Assembly: GCF_001194135.2 (NCBI RefSeq)
Contig: NC_069001.1
Coordinates: 1,840,896 to 1,904,895, forward strand
Direction: 5' to 3'
Origin: Octopus bimaculoides
Lineage: Eukaryota
Length of the DNA: 64,000 nucleotides
Shown here piece by piece: positions 13,326 to 26,200 of the stretch (positions within the stretch are counted from its first letter, which is position 1; the number at the start of each line of letters is the position of its first letter). The position numbers and the translations under genes were made by a program. Under the pieces are notes generated by a model that made no database searches, was not told where the DNA came from, and saw only the letters and a list, made by a program, of their open reading frames with translations.

Positions 13326-14125
13326 CTTATATCTATGTATGTATATTGTTTTATTAATTATCGACAAAAGTTAGTGACTCGGGGACGGAGCGCTTCGTGT
13401 ATTGGCACACCAAGACTCAAAACTCTCAGCCTTTGAGTGACTCTGTAACGTCTGTCTGTGGTGTCCCATCTACATGGTTCTGAGTTCAATCCTACTGCAT
13501 GACACCTTGGGGAAGTATCTTCCATTATAACCTCAAGCCAACCAAAGGCTTGTGTGTGGATTTTGTACACAGAAACTGAAAGAAGCCCGTGTGTGTGTGC
13601 GTGCATGTGTGTGTACATGCATTTGTGTATACACAGCTTTGTACATGTGAAAGAATCCCTTATTTTCTTATGGTTCCTGATCTTTTGTATAATATTGTGC
13701 AAAGTTCGAATCCTGCCCATACCAACTTCGTGTCTCATTCAGTTTGGACGAGATTTTTAAATTACAAAATTCAATTCCTGCCAACACCGGATTCAGCTTC
13801 CAACCATTTTTGGGTCGACTAAAAGTACCAGTCAATTACTGAGTCTCAGCATGTTCGACTGTTCCCTTCCTCCAAATTGTTGGCAGCCATGTGCCTTATC
13901 CTTAGGGTGGACTGGACCTATTCTAGAATAACAGCAGGGCAGAGGTTCAGACTTCTGGTCATCTGGTTAATCCTGGATCTGTAGAGTTCCTTAATTGGGC
14001 CTAGTCAGAGGCTCTTCTGTATCAGGGGGACTGCATCGTTCATGTGTTCAGACGCTCTGTATATTATGGATGCCATCATTTCATAATCTTTTCCATTTTT
14101 CTTCCTCCCCTTTTATTCCCCCCAC

Positions 14126-14180
<55 letters not shown>

Positions 14181-14780
14181 ATATTGCAAACAACCCTTGT
14201 AGAATCCCCTCTCTTCATATTTGGCCCCTGTGGCAAATAAATCGTTATTTTGTATGTCAACATGGTCTTGCTTTTTTAATCCCTCCCTCCCGCTCTCTCC
14301 CTCTCTATTCTTCCACCATAGAATCATCTTTTACCACATTCCACAGCCATCACCACCATCAGCATCAGCATCACCACCATCATCATTAGTCTGTTCTCCC
14401 TTGCTGTTGGTCATTTCTATATACGGCTTGTTGATGTTAACTCTATTTTTGTATAGAATTATTGATGAGCATTGTGTGTGTATGTGTGCATATCTGGATG
14501 TGTGTGTGTGTGTGTGTGCATATCTCTGTGTGTGTGTGTGTGTGTATTCTATATTTTTGTTGTTGTTTAACACAAATCCTGCCTAACTGAACATACATCT
14601 GATTAGATCAGACAACATTCAAATTATGGCCACCCTGTCAATTTTTCTTTTTTCTTTTTTTTTTTTTTTGTAAGACATTGTGTACCTAGGACTATATTAT
14701 CCTGGGGTCGCCTTCACTGTTTAAGTGTGTAGGATGTGATTTTTTTTGCTGTTTTTGCAAATCAAGCAAGTTGCATGGAG

Positions 14781-14818
<38 letters not shown>

Positions 14819-14844
14819 GATTTATATCTTTTCTTTATTATTTG

Positions 14845-15245
14845 TTCCAGTCATTAGACTGCGGCCATGCTGGGGCATTGCTTTGAATTTTAGTCCAATG
14901 AATCAACCCCAGTACTCTTTTTTTGTTTTTGTTTTTGAAGCCTGATACTGATTCTTTTGCCCAACTGCTAAGTCATGGGAACATAAACACCCCAGCACCA
15001 GTTTCCAAGCAGTGGTTGGGGACAAACACTGACAGAAAGACACATGCATGCACACACGCAGGCATATGCACACACACACACATAAACGAGGGGCTTCTTT
15101 CAGTTTCTGTCTACCAAATCCATTTACAAGACTTTGGTTAGCCCAGGGCTATAGTAGGTGACACCTACCCAAGGTGCCATACAGTGGGACTGAACCCAGA
15201 ACCAGGTGATTGGAAAGCAAGCTCCTAACCACTCAGCCACGCCTG
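14845..15245 (-). mobile_element. SINE family A, near full length
   Basis: All segments present: head ...gggttcagtcccac, ttggtagacagaaactgaaagaagccc, (TG)n, 3' ccagcatggccgcagtc. Confidence 0.85.
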
Positions 15246-16505
15246 TATGCATTCGCCTTGAAGGATTTAGTCAAACAAATCGACTCCATTGCTTATTTTT
15301 TGTCTGGCACTTATTCTATTGGTCTATTTTGTCAAACTGCTAAGCTACAAGGATGTAAACACACCAACACCAGTTGTCAAGCTATAGCTGAGGACAAACA
15401 CAGGACACACACACACACACATGAAAGACTTCCACACAGTTTTCATCTGGCTAATTCATTCACAAAGCATTGGTCAACCCTCACCTGGGGTAGTTTTCTA
15501 CCTGGCTGGCTCCTGTCAACCATCCTACCCATGCATGCATGGAATGTAGTCGTTAAACGATAATGATGATGATTCTACTAATGATATTAAATATCTGTCA
15601 AAAAATAGAATTGGTATTTTCTGCAGATCACATTGTCTCTATAAACTTGACATATCTCAAAAAAAAAAAAAAAAAAAAAAGAGAGTTTCAAGCAGGAGAT
15701 TCCACAATAAAAGTGAGATTGCTTTATAAAACTGCATTTTGTAGTTAAAAATAATGAAGATTTGAATCAATATATTTAATTTCCACAAGAAAAATGTTGA
15801 AATGCAATCAGCAAACCTTTCAAACTCTTAGGTTTCTTGCTATAAGACCAACTCTACATTTTCTTGTTGTATGAATGACTTCACTGCCCCCCCCCCCCCA
15901 ACTATCGTAGAACACACCAGACTCACTGTCCTAGCAGGAAACCCTAAGTTTTTAATGGGATACTGGTTGTATGTTAAATAAACAACGCTACACATTCTAC
16001 CTGCTTGGTATTGGGTATTCTTTCTTGTGTTTGTCACCATAGACATAATGAAGTTGTGTGTTGCATTTCACGAGTGATTATTATATTAAGGTGCGTTTTG
16101 TGTTACTAAGTGCATCGGTGAACAACAGTTATGCATTTGTATGTAAAGATATACCAGTGCATACGTTTGTGTGGTTGCATTGATGGGTTTGCTTTTGTTT
16201 TGTTTTGTTTTTTACTTGCTAGATCAAATGTAAGGGATTCTGTGTGTGTGTTCTGGAGGAATTGAAATGTGTATCTCTCCAGGTAGCTATTTGTGTGTGT
16301 GTGTGTGTGTGTGTGTTCATTAGGATATATATGTGTATTTGTTATGAACCCATCTCAGTATATGTATATGGCTGTACAGAATCTTCCGAAACAACTCCCT
16401 TGAAACCTGACCATTCTTTCATCTCTCCCTATCCCTCTTCTTTGTTTATCTATTCCCCCTCCTCTCTCTCATTCTCCCCTTTCTTTCACACACATTTCCC
16501 TCTTT

Positions 16506-16541
<36 letters not shown>

Positions 16542-17895
16542 TCTGCTTAACTCAGTGTTTTTTCCTAATTTAAAGCTATTGATTGTCCTGGCTATTTAAT
16601 AGATTCCATTATATATTGTTCATGGTGACGGCGGCGGTGGTGGTGGTGGTGGTGGTGTTTGTTATTGTTGATGTGGTCACTATCATTGTTTGTGGTCGTT
16701 GTTGTTGTTGTTGTTACTGTAAGTTACTTTTGNNNNNNNNNNGGGGGGGGGGGTATTGCAAGATAGTGTGTGTGTGTGTGTAAATGAGAGATAGTGAATG
16801 ATAATTGTGTGTGTGTATTTATGTATGTGTGTGTATTTGTGCTTGTATGCGAGGGAAAGACAGAGGAAGTGTAATAATTGAGTGTGTATGTGCACATACG
16901 TGTGTGTGTGTGTGTGTGTGTTTCTGAGAGATGGAGAGCATGTACATGTGTGAAAGGGGGGAGGGAAAGGAGGAGTGGAGAACCGAAGGAAGGTGCAAAC
17001 TAGTAGGCATTCAACGAAGCAGGCTTGAAAAACAGGTTGTGAGGATCAAATCACAAGAATAATTGATTAAAGTAATCAGTCTGTCTTTTCAGTCCCTTAT
17101 CAAGCACTTTTCTCTCCATCACACACTGTGTGTTTGTGTGTGTGCATGCGTGCATGTACCTGCATGCATTCGTGTAGAGGGGTAGGGTCTGTCTCTCTGA
17201 AACGATTTCAAGCTCTCCTGCACCTTCAGTGTGATATCTGATATTATATTTTAACCCATTGTTTAAAACAGTTATAGGCAAACTTCCAGAAAGTCCCATG
17301 GGCCACATGCAGCCCATGGGACTTTCTGAATGGCAAGCCTAACAAAAAATTGCCTTGAATTCTTTTTAATTCTAATTAATGCAGCTCAACATGGAGGAAC
17401 ATGGCTTAGTGGTTAGGGATGTTGGGCTTATGATTGTGGTTTCGATTCCTGGACCAGGCGACGCATTGTGTTCTTGAGCAAAACACTTCATTTCACATTA
17501 CTCCAGTCCACTCGGCTGGCAAAAATGAGTCCTCTTGTGATGGACTGGTGTCCCATCCAGGTGGGGAATTTACACGCCATGGAAACCAGGAAACCGGCCC
17601 TTATGAGTCAACATGACTCGGGGAAGGATCTTTACTCTTTTAGTGGAGCTCACCTAATCAAGAGCCATGTCACATGTGGCTTGCTTCTTGAAAAAGGTTG
17701 CACATGTTTGGTTTAAAATGACAGCAGCAACAATATAATCAAATTAAATAGGGGTCAGTAACGAGGCAGACCCTACATGGTCATTCAGTCTGTTAAAAAT
17801 TGCATTTAAATCTCCCTCAAATCACACCCTGCTACCTTAAAAGTAACATGTTGGATTATGACACATAACAGCAAGATGTGATTGGTATGCATTAA

Positions 17896-17954
17896 CTGGC
17901 GCTTCCCACTGATGAGGTCCAACAGACCGAAATCATATGATATGGAAATTCCAG
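17896..17954 (+). ncRNA. Type I hammerhead ribozyme motif, intact core
   Basis: CUGAUGA 17909-15; stem II GGUC-caaca-GACC; GAAA 17929-32; palindromic UCAUAUGA; U16.1-A17 (AUA triplet); stem I UUCCCA/UGGAAA extended by CUGG/CCAG. Confidence 0.8.
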
Positions 17955-18544
17955 CACCCATGGCACAAATGTTGTCTGCTACACTTTGTGTGTGCTTTTA
18001 TGCACCAAGTGACTTCATGAGAGGATGGCTGCAATCCAATGACTGAAACCAGTAAGAGATAAAAGGCACACACACATTGTATACCACATCAAAACTATTT
18101 ATGTGATAGACAAACTATCACTCATCAAATACAATAATCTATACCTGCAACAATGCTGCCACACACATGCATGCACGCACACACACAGAGGCACACACAT
18201 GCATGCACGCACACACACAGAGGCACACACATGTATCATACACACATATCTAAATATCACATACGGCATATGCATATTGTCGAGAACATAAAAGGAAAGC
18301 TATTTACATGAAGCAAGGCTTCACTCATTATCCTGCACAATACACATTCTCTGAGACAATGTTAGCATTTGCTCAGACACACACACACACACACACATAT
18401 TCCTATACACACACATGCTCACACATATTGTAGACCACATTAAAAAGAAATCTATATGCCAATCTTTGCTCATTATCACACTGCAATGTGCTCAATCTGG
18501 GGATGTAAAGTGTTGCTTCACATACATAACTTTCATGGATAGAC

Positions 18545-18584
<40 letters not shown>

Positions 18585-18708
18585 TCTCACTTACATGCAT
18601 GCATACACACTCACACACACATATTGTTGACCACAATAAAAGAAAACCATAGTAAACCATCCTTCATTCACTGTCACACTACAACATACTTCATATGGAG
18701 AAGTGTTT

Positions 18709-18746
<38 letters not shown>

Positions 18747-19269
18747 NNNNNNNNNNNNNNNNNNNNNNNNNNNNNNNNNNNNNNNNNNNNNNNNNNNNNN
18801 NNNNNNNNNNNNNNNNNNNNNNNNNNNNNNNNNNNNNNNNNNNNNNNNNNNNNNNNNNNNNNNNNNNNNNNNNNNNNNNNNNNNNNNNNNNNNNNNNNNN
18901 NNNNNNNNNNNNNNNNNNNNNNNNNNNNNNNNNNNNNNNNNNNNNNNNNNNNNNNNNNNNNNNNNNNNNNNNNNNNNNNNNNNNNNNNNNNNNNNNNNNN
19001 NNNNNNNNNNNNNNNNNNNNNNNNNNNNNNNNNNNNNNNNNNNNNNNNNNNNATGTATATACTCTTTTACTCTTTTACTTGTTTCAGTCATTTGACTGTG
19101 GCCATGCTGGAGCACCGCCTTTCATCGAGCAAATCGACCCCAGGACTTATTCTTTGTAAGCCTATTCTATCCGTCTCTTTTGCCGAACTGCTAAGTTACA
19201 GGGACATAAACACACCAGCATCGGTTGTCAAATGATGTTGGGGAGACAAACACAGACACACAAACACAC

Positions 19270-19301
<32 letters not shown>

Positions 19302-20016
19302 GAGACAGAGAGAGAGAAAGGTGACAATTTTCTTTCAGTAAACATTAAATCTATTCACAGGGCTAGCACTGTTTTTTCAAGGAGACAATTAGTTGATTGC
19401 AATCAACCCCAGTATCTGACTGGTACTGGTAGTGGGAGGTCTAGTCAGTTGCATCAACCCCAGTGCTTAACTGGTACTTATTTTATCAATCCTGAAACGG
19501 ATGTCAGGCAAAGTTGACCTTGCCAGGATTGAACTCAGAATGTAAACAAGTCCCTAACTAAATATCCACAGGGTGCTCAGTCCGACACCCTACTTTATGT
19601 GTCCATATTAGTTTTTTTAAGTGGTAGACCTGCATCAACTAGTCATTTTATTGATCCGAAAACTGTTCAAATAGTGCACCAGACAGTGTGATGGTGGTGG
19701 TGGTGGTGGTGGTGGCAGTGGTCATAGTAGTAGCAGTAGTTTTTTTTCTACTACTATTATTGTTTTGTTTCTTTCTTTTAAAGAGTTACGAGAGAAGGTA
19801 TGTTTTATTTTTCTTACTTAGACAAACACATACACACACATACACACGTATATTGTATATGTATGCACACAAATGTATGTATGTCATATAAACAACTATA
19901 TGCACACATTTATATCATGCATAAACACACAGATACGTATATGTTCACACACACACACATATAACAAACATGCACACAGTATGTATATATCATATATATT
20001 ACCTACACACATATAT

Positions 20017-20075
<59 letters not shown>

Positions 20076-21155
20076 GGTTGGGCTTTCAAAATTTCAACGA
20101 CTTGTTTGCTGAGCTTCAAAATGACTGTATGAATAATTTAAAATTCAACAACAGACCATTATAATAGCCACAGTCTTGGTTGTGTGGTTAGAAGCTTGCT
20201 TCCCAATCACGTTTCAGGGTTCAGTCCCACTTCGGGCAAGTGTCTTCTACTATAGCCTTGGGCCAACCAAAGTCTTGAATGGATTTGGTTAACATTCTCA
20301 ACTATAAGTACAGGCATGGTTAATTGGTAAGAAGCTTGCTTCTCAACCACTTGGTTCAGGGTTCATTCCCACTGTATGGCACCTTGGGCAAGTGTCTTCT
20401 GCTATAGTCCTGAGCTGACCAAAGCCTTATGAGTGGGTTTGGTTAGACAAAAACTAAAAGAAGCTCGTTGTGTGCGTACATACACGTGTGTGTGTGTGTG
20501 TGTATACATGTGTATGTATACATGTGTATGAATGTGTCTTTATGTTTGTCCCTCCGCACACACATGTTGGTTTGTTTAGACCCCCATAACTTAGTGGTTC
20601 AACAAAAGTGACTGATAGCATAAGTCCCTGCCCTAAAAAAAAAAGAAGGGGACTGTGGTTGATTTCTTCGATTATACTCTTTAACACTGTGCCCCATCAT
20701 GGCTGCAGTCCAATGAGTGAAACCAGTAAAAGCTAGAAGATAAAAGATCTGTTTATCTCATTTTCTAATGCTGTTGTGTATTTGATAGCATTTCAGTGTG
20801 GTCTTCAGTTTTTGACTTCTGCCAGAAACTCTGTTGATTCGTCAGTTTAATATCAATTCACTGATTCACCGAGAGAACAACTTGTTTATTTTGGCCAAAC
20901 TTTACCCATCTATTGTATGATTGAGTGTGTGTCTGCTTATTGACATGTATAACTTTGTGTATGATGGTGTGTGTGAGTGTGTACGATTGTGTGTATATAC
21001 GTACATGCATATGTGTGCATCTGTATGGTGTGTGTGTGACTGTATGTACATATATAAATATATGTGAGAGTGTGTGATGAGTCATGTGTTTGCCATGTTA
21101 TGTAAATCTGCTGAAGCTTGGATCAAATTCATGAACCTTCATTTCGCGCGCACGC

Positions 21156-21200
<45 letters not shown>

Positions 21201-22294
21201 CACACACACACTTAATTTAGTAGATGGAAGCTTTTAGACTACTGGTATGTGTATGTGTGTTTCTTCCTTCATTTTGACATCCGAATGATGATCTTAAACC
21301 AGACTCCCCATTCATACAAGCTGTGTCATTCATTTGCAATTTTTTATAAAAAATAAATGCAACCACTGAGCCAGTCATTGCTTGAAGAACTAGCAGAATA
21401 TCACCTTGCTTGGAATCTGGTGAGGACTGCTGAGAGCAAGTGCCTTTGGCCATAGAAACCCTGCTTCGACAAGTTTTCACTGATTCATGCAAGCATAGAA
21501 AAGTGGACATGAAAACAATGACAGTATATATACTTCGTTTGTCTTCATGTCAAGTTGAAAAACTGTGTTCCTTTTTGTTGAACTGTATTATTGTGCATCT
21601 GTTTAATTTCTAAGGTTTTTTTTCCCACTCATATGTTGTGTTTGGCATGTTTTAAGTCTTCAGGCATTTTACTGAAATGTATGCTACTTCAGTTATGTTT
21701 AAAATTACTGAAACATGCCAAACGAGTAGTATTATGGGTTAAATCCACTGAAACTACATTGATTCTGTACTCCATAGCTGATGAGAGTTGTTTGCCTTGT
21801 CCATTTATCTTCTTCCTTTTAACCATTTCCATGTTCTCTCACTGATATTTACACACAAACACACACACACAAGTAATAAAATAGTACATTGTTTTCTTTT
21901 TCTTTTTTATCTTTTACAGATCTCATAGCTGTTGAAACACAGTGTCTATTGTATACAGCAGATAGCAGATACTATGATATAAACTACAAAATCTATTTTA
22001 CATTTGTTAAAATAGTATCTGCAGAAAAGAAAAAAGCAAAAAACAAAAAAAAAACAAGCAGATCATAAGATTACAACCAGAATCTTTTTGAAGACTATTT
22101 TTTGAATTGTTTTACAATTTTTTGTCTTTCTGCCATTCCTTCCTTCCCCAAGAGTCTTTATTTTTGGGAATGTCTGTATGGTCCCATACAGTTTGATATC
22201 CCTGCCATTTCTTTCACCCTTGTGTCATTGTTATGTGTCTTATAAACACATTGGAGTTGCTGGGATTCATAAACACACCCCTTGGTGTCCTTAG

Positions 22295-22450
22295 CATTCA
22301 TTGACGCAGTCAATGTTGCCATTAGCATTCACTAACACAGTCGATGGTGCCATTGACGTTCACTGCTATTGTTAGTATTCACAGATACAGTCATCAGTCT
22401 CGTTAGTATTCACTGACATAGTCTTTGGTATTGTTGGTATGCACTGACAG
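22295..22450. repeat. Degenerate ~31-nt minisatellite, about five units
   Basis: Units such as tgacgcagtcaatgttgccattagcattcac and tgacatagtctttggtattgttggtatgcac. Confidence 0.7.
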
Positions 22451-22466
22451 TCTGAAGTCTAGGAAT

Positions 22467-23277
22467 ATGGCAGGCAAGAAAGAGACTGCTGCAGAGAAAG
22501 GCGGCAATGCTGACTTGTTGGATTTGGCCAGATCTGAGGAACTGCCACAAAGCTCTGAGATCAACAGTAACGAACTGTCTAATTCCTCAAAAAACAAGGT
22601 GGTCAGGCCAATGGACATTGATATCCAGAATGAGAGCAGTTACTATAATACATTACTTGACGCACACAGAAACAATGGTGCAAGATGCAAGACCAAAAAA
22701 CTCAAACAGACACAGTTAATATGCACAAAAAAAGGGCTCTCTATAGCTATGCTTGATAACAATTCCAAGTTTGGCAAGGACCCTAATATAACCCTCCATT
22801 TCACCGACAGCAATTTGGCCAATGATAATTCTGTATGCAACACTCAGGAGAACGCCAATACATCTCTCAGAGCTAACAACTGCCAACCGAAACTATTAAT
22901 GCAATCTTCATCTTTAGACAACCGAGATAGTGACAAACCAGTCGACACAAACATTTCAGAATGGTTTGTGTGTTTCATCTGTAATACTCCTAAAAATTCA
23001 GCTGAAGAACTTCAAATCCACATCAATAAAGATCATTTTGATTCTCGTTCAGAAGAAAAACGGCAAGACGACAATTTCACAACTTGCTTTCTCTGCAACC
23101 GGCAGCTAAATTCTGTTCAAGAACTTCAAGTACATATCAATCGAGACCATTTTGATTCTCCAGTGAAACCGATTGGAACTGATATTTCAGAGGCAATTGC
23201 TACAAAAGTGGCCGACAAAGACAACAAACTTGTTCGTATTGATTCAGATTTTGGACATTTTGCTTTAACCAAAGATG
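22467..23277 (+). CDS. ZUP1: ZUP1 coding exon 1 (N-terminal extension plus two zinc fingers)
   Basis: ATG in GGAATATGG context after an in-frame stop at 22419; CFICx12HINKDH and CFLCx12HINRDH; donor GATG/GTAAGG. Confidence 0.85.
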
Positions 23278-26200
23278 GTAAGGGATATTTTTGGTATCTT
23301 TTCTCCTCATTTAACACTTTCTAATTTGCTGCTGCTAAGCTCTGCATAAAACGGCAAGTTCCCAGTGGTCGACCAGGCTCCATTTGTCTGTCCTGGCTTG
23401 GTTTCCACAGCTGGATGCCTTCCTAATGCCAACCACTTTACAAAATGAACTGGGTGCTGTGTATGTGGCACCAGCACACTGGTGTTTTTTACATGGCACC
23501 AACACCAGTGGGGTTGCCAAATAATTTGCAAGACGGAAACCTCTCTGTTGAAAGAAGGAGTGATACCACAGGAAGTGGCTTGGTGCCAGGTGAGAAATTA
23601 GTACATATAATAGAGGGATAGAGAGAGATGTGGTGAGAGGTTAGCATATAATAGAGGGATAGAGAGAGGTGTTTTGCTGTAGAGGAGATACTTGGCTACC
23701 CCAGTAAGAAAAGAGAGGAGAGAGATCCCTTTAATATATATGCATTATTTTTTGAGATAAGCAATATGGAATAGTGTGTATCTGTATGGACATGTTTCTC
23801 TTTATGTATGTATGTATATGATGCCAATCTTTTTATCCAAAAACAGAGCAGAATGACAGATTGATTGCAGAGATGCTTCAGAAAGAATTTGATGAAGAAA
23901 TTGAATTTCGGAAATTGCAGGTATGTTATTGTTGTTGTATTTTTTGTGTTGACCATTCTATGCTTCCCATTGAAAATTCTTGGTATTTCTGCTGCAGTAC
24001 AACCGCTCTGGTGCCATTGTACTTCAACTGAGGTAGTAGCAGAACTATGTTATTTAAAACAATTTCCACCTCATTCACATTTGTTAAATAAAAGAGGCCC
24101 TTCTTTGTGACATAATTCTTAATGAATTTATCCAGATTCTTGATTATTTTCAAATATATATTCTTAGAAATATGCTCAGAAAATGGTCAGTGAATGAGAC
24201 AGAATTCTTCATAATGACTATTAAATCAGTGTGAAAAAAGGAAGACACAGAAGATATATTGAGATTTATGTAGGAATTATTGCAACCATCATTTGGAATC
24301 AAGAGTGACTTAGCAGAGTGTACCATGCTCTCAATAATGATTATAGGTGTCTGTGTAGTCACAAAGGCCCCTTTGATTCCTATTTTATTCTAGTGGACCT
24401 CCCATTGCCATTCAAAGTTTAAAAATTACTTTCATAGATGCTTCTTTCAAAATTCCTATTTTATCTCTCATCTCTCAAATATTCACTGATGTAGGTTTGT
24501 CATAACACTCTCTGAGAAAACATGTTTTTGTGACCAGAAACATGTTGAAGAGAAAGAAACCTAATCCTGTCTTGCAATACATACATCTAAAGCAAAAGTT
24601 TTTCCATGAACCCTTAAGATACTTCTGTGGATCCCCAATTTACTATTTTGTTTGTGTGGTGCTCCCAAAATCTTAGCTGAGAACCACTGCTTTATATAAT
24701 AAGGTTAAGCCACTGGTCATTTCCGTGGTTACAACACACCATGTCAGAATTTCTAAATGCACTCAAGAACAGATAACAAACTAGGTCAGCGATTTATTTC
24801 AATACAGTGATTGGTTTTTGATTAAAAACTGGGAAGGAAAAGAACAAAAAGAACAAAAAATCTAAATGCTAACCCAATACATTTTTGAATCACCAATGTA
24901 TTCAGTAAATATTTTTCACGAATCCATAATTTAATTATAAAGATATTTACTTAGAATGCTCTAGATCAGTGCTGAGATAAGGCGAGATAATTATTCCTCT
25001 ACAGTTTTATTCTTTTACTGGTTTCAATCATTTGGCTGTGGCCATGCTGGGGCACCCACCTCAATAGTTTCAATCAATTCTATCTACTTTAGTGCTTATA
25101 TTTTAATCTGGTTTTTATTTTAACAATGTTTCTCTTTAACAAATGGTTAAGATCCTCTTTTTGGCATTAAAAAAACACAGCTCAATACAGTGGTATACAC
25201 AAATCAAGAATTTCACACATACATACATATCCACACAGATACACGTGCATGTATACATACACGCATAAATGCACAGTCAGTAACTCCCAAGTTGGGTGGC
25301 CTCCATGTTTAATCTGTGAATATTGGTTTCTTTGAAGGACATGTATGGGATGACAGAGAGAGGTAACTACAAGAAACAGTTCCATTCGAACCTCAGCCAG
25401 GCTGTACAGAGAGGGCAGATCAGTAGCTACGAATATCACATGTATACATCACAGATGTCCGAGTCTCAGTTGACGGGCATTGATGATGGAGTTTCTTGCA
25501 CTAAAGGTAAAAACAAAAAGGACTACAGATTTACTGTTTTCCCTTTTGCTCACCTGTTGATTGTTGTTGTCTATATCATACAGTACTGGATCAATTATAT
25601 TGGCAAGACTGGAACCAGAAATGTCCCAGATTTCTAGATTTTCTGGTTTTCTGGAGACAGTCTAAATATATAATTAAAATATAAGATAAACTGTGAAAAG
25701 TAAAGAACTAAATTGCATTTAACAGATTCAAATTCATACATTTCTAAAGCAGGATTTGTTTGATATTCATTAATCCACTTAAAATTCATAGAATCTATCA
25801 AACTGTCCCATGTATACAAGATAATGTTTATAGGATGAAATTTAAATGAAGAAAAAAATATGATTTTACTTAACAGTTACAGGTACAAATTAATACAATT
25901 CTAAAACAGATTATGTTTTAGTCTTTTTAATCTACTAAATTAAGCAACTTCAAAAACAGGGTCTCTTTACTCAATACGGAATTCCAGATTTCTGGAAGCC
26001 GGATAGGACGTCCGGTACTGTATCATTGTACTGGACTGTAATCTGTTGTGAGGTCTTCATTAGAAGTGGCAGATAACTCCTCTTATCCAGTTACTTTGGA
26101 TAACAGGAGTTACCTGCCACTTCTGTAGTATATACTCAATAGAGCTCTGAGTATATCCACGACTAAAGGATTTTGGATATAATCAAAGGGTTTCTCTCTC

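Noticed and set aside
18591-19235. Long ORFs with poly-X, HTHT, YIYI or CVCV runs here and at 11060, 30727, 45879, 47737, 50613, 52359
   Set aside because: Translations of N gaps and dinucleotide microsatellites.
21779-21800. CTGATGA cores here and at 33696, 58203, 35722(-), 46790(-)
   Set aside because: No stem II followed by GAAA; expected by chance in AT-rich DNA.
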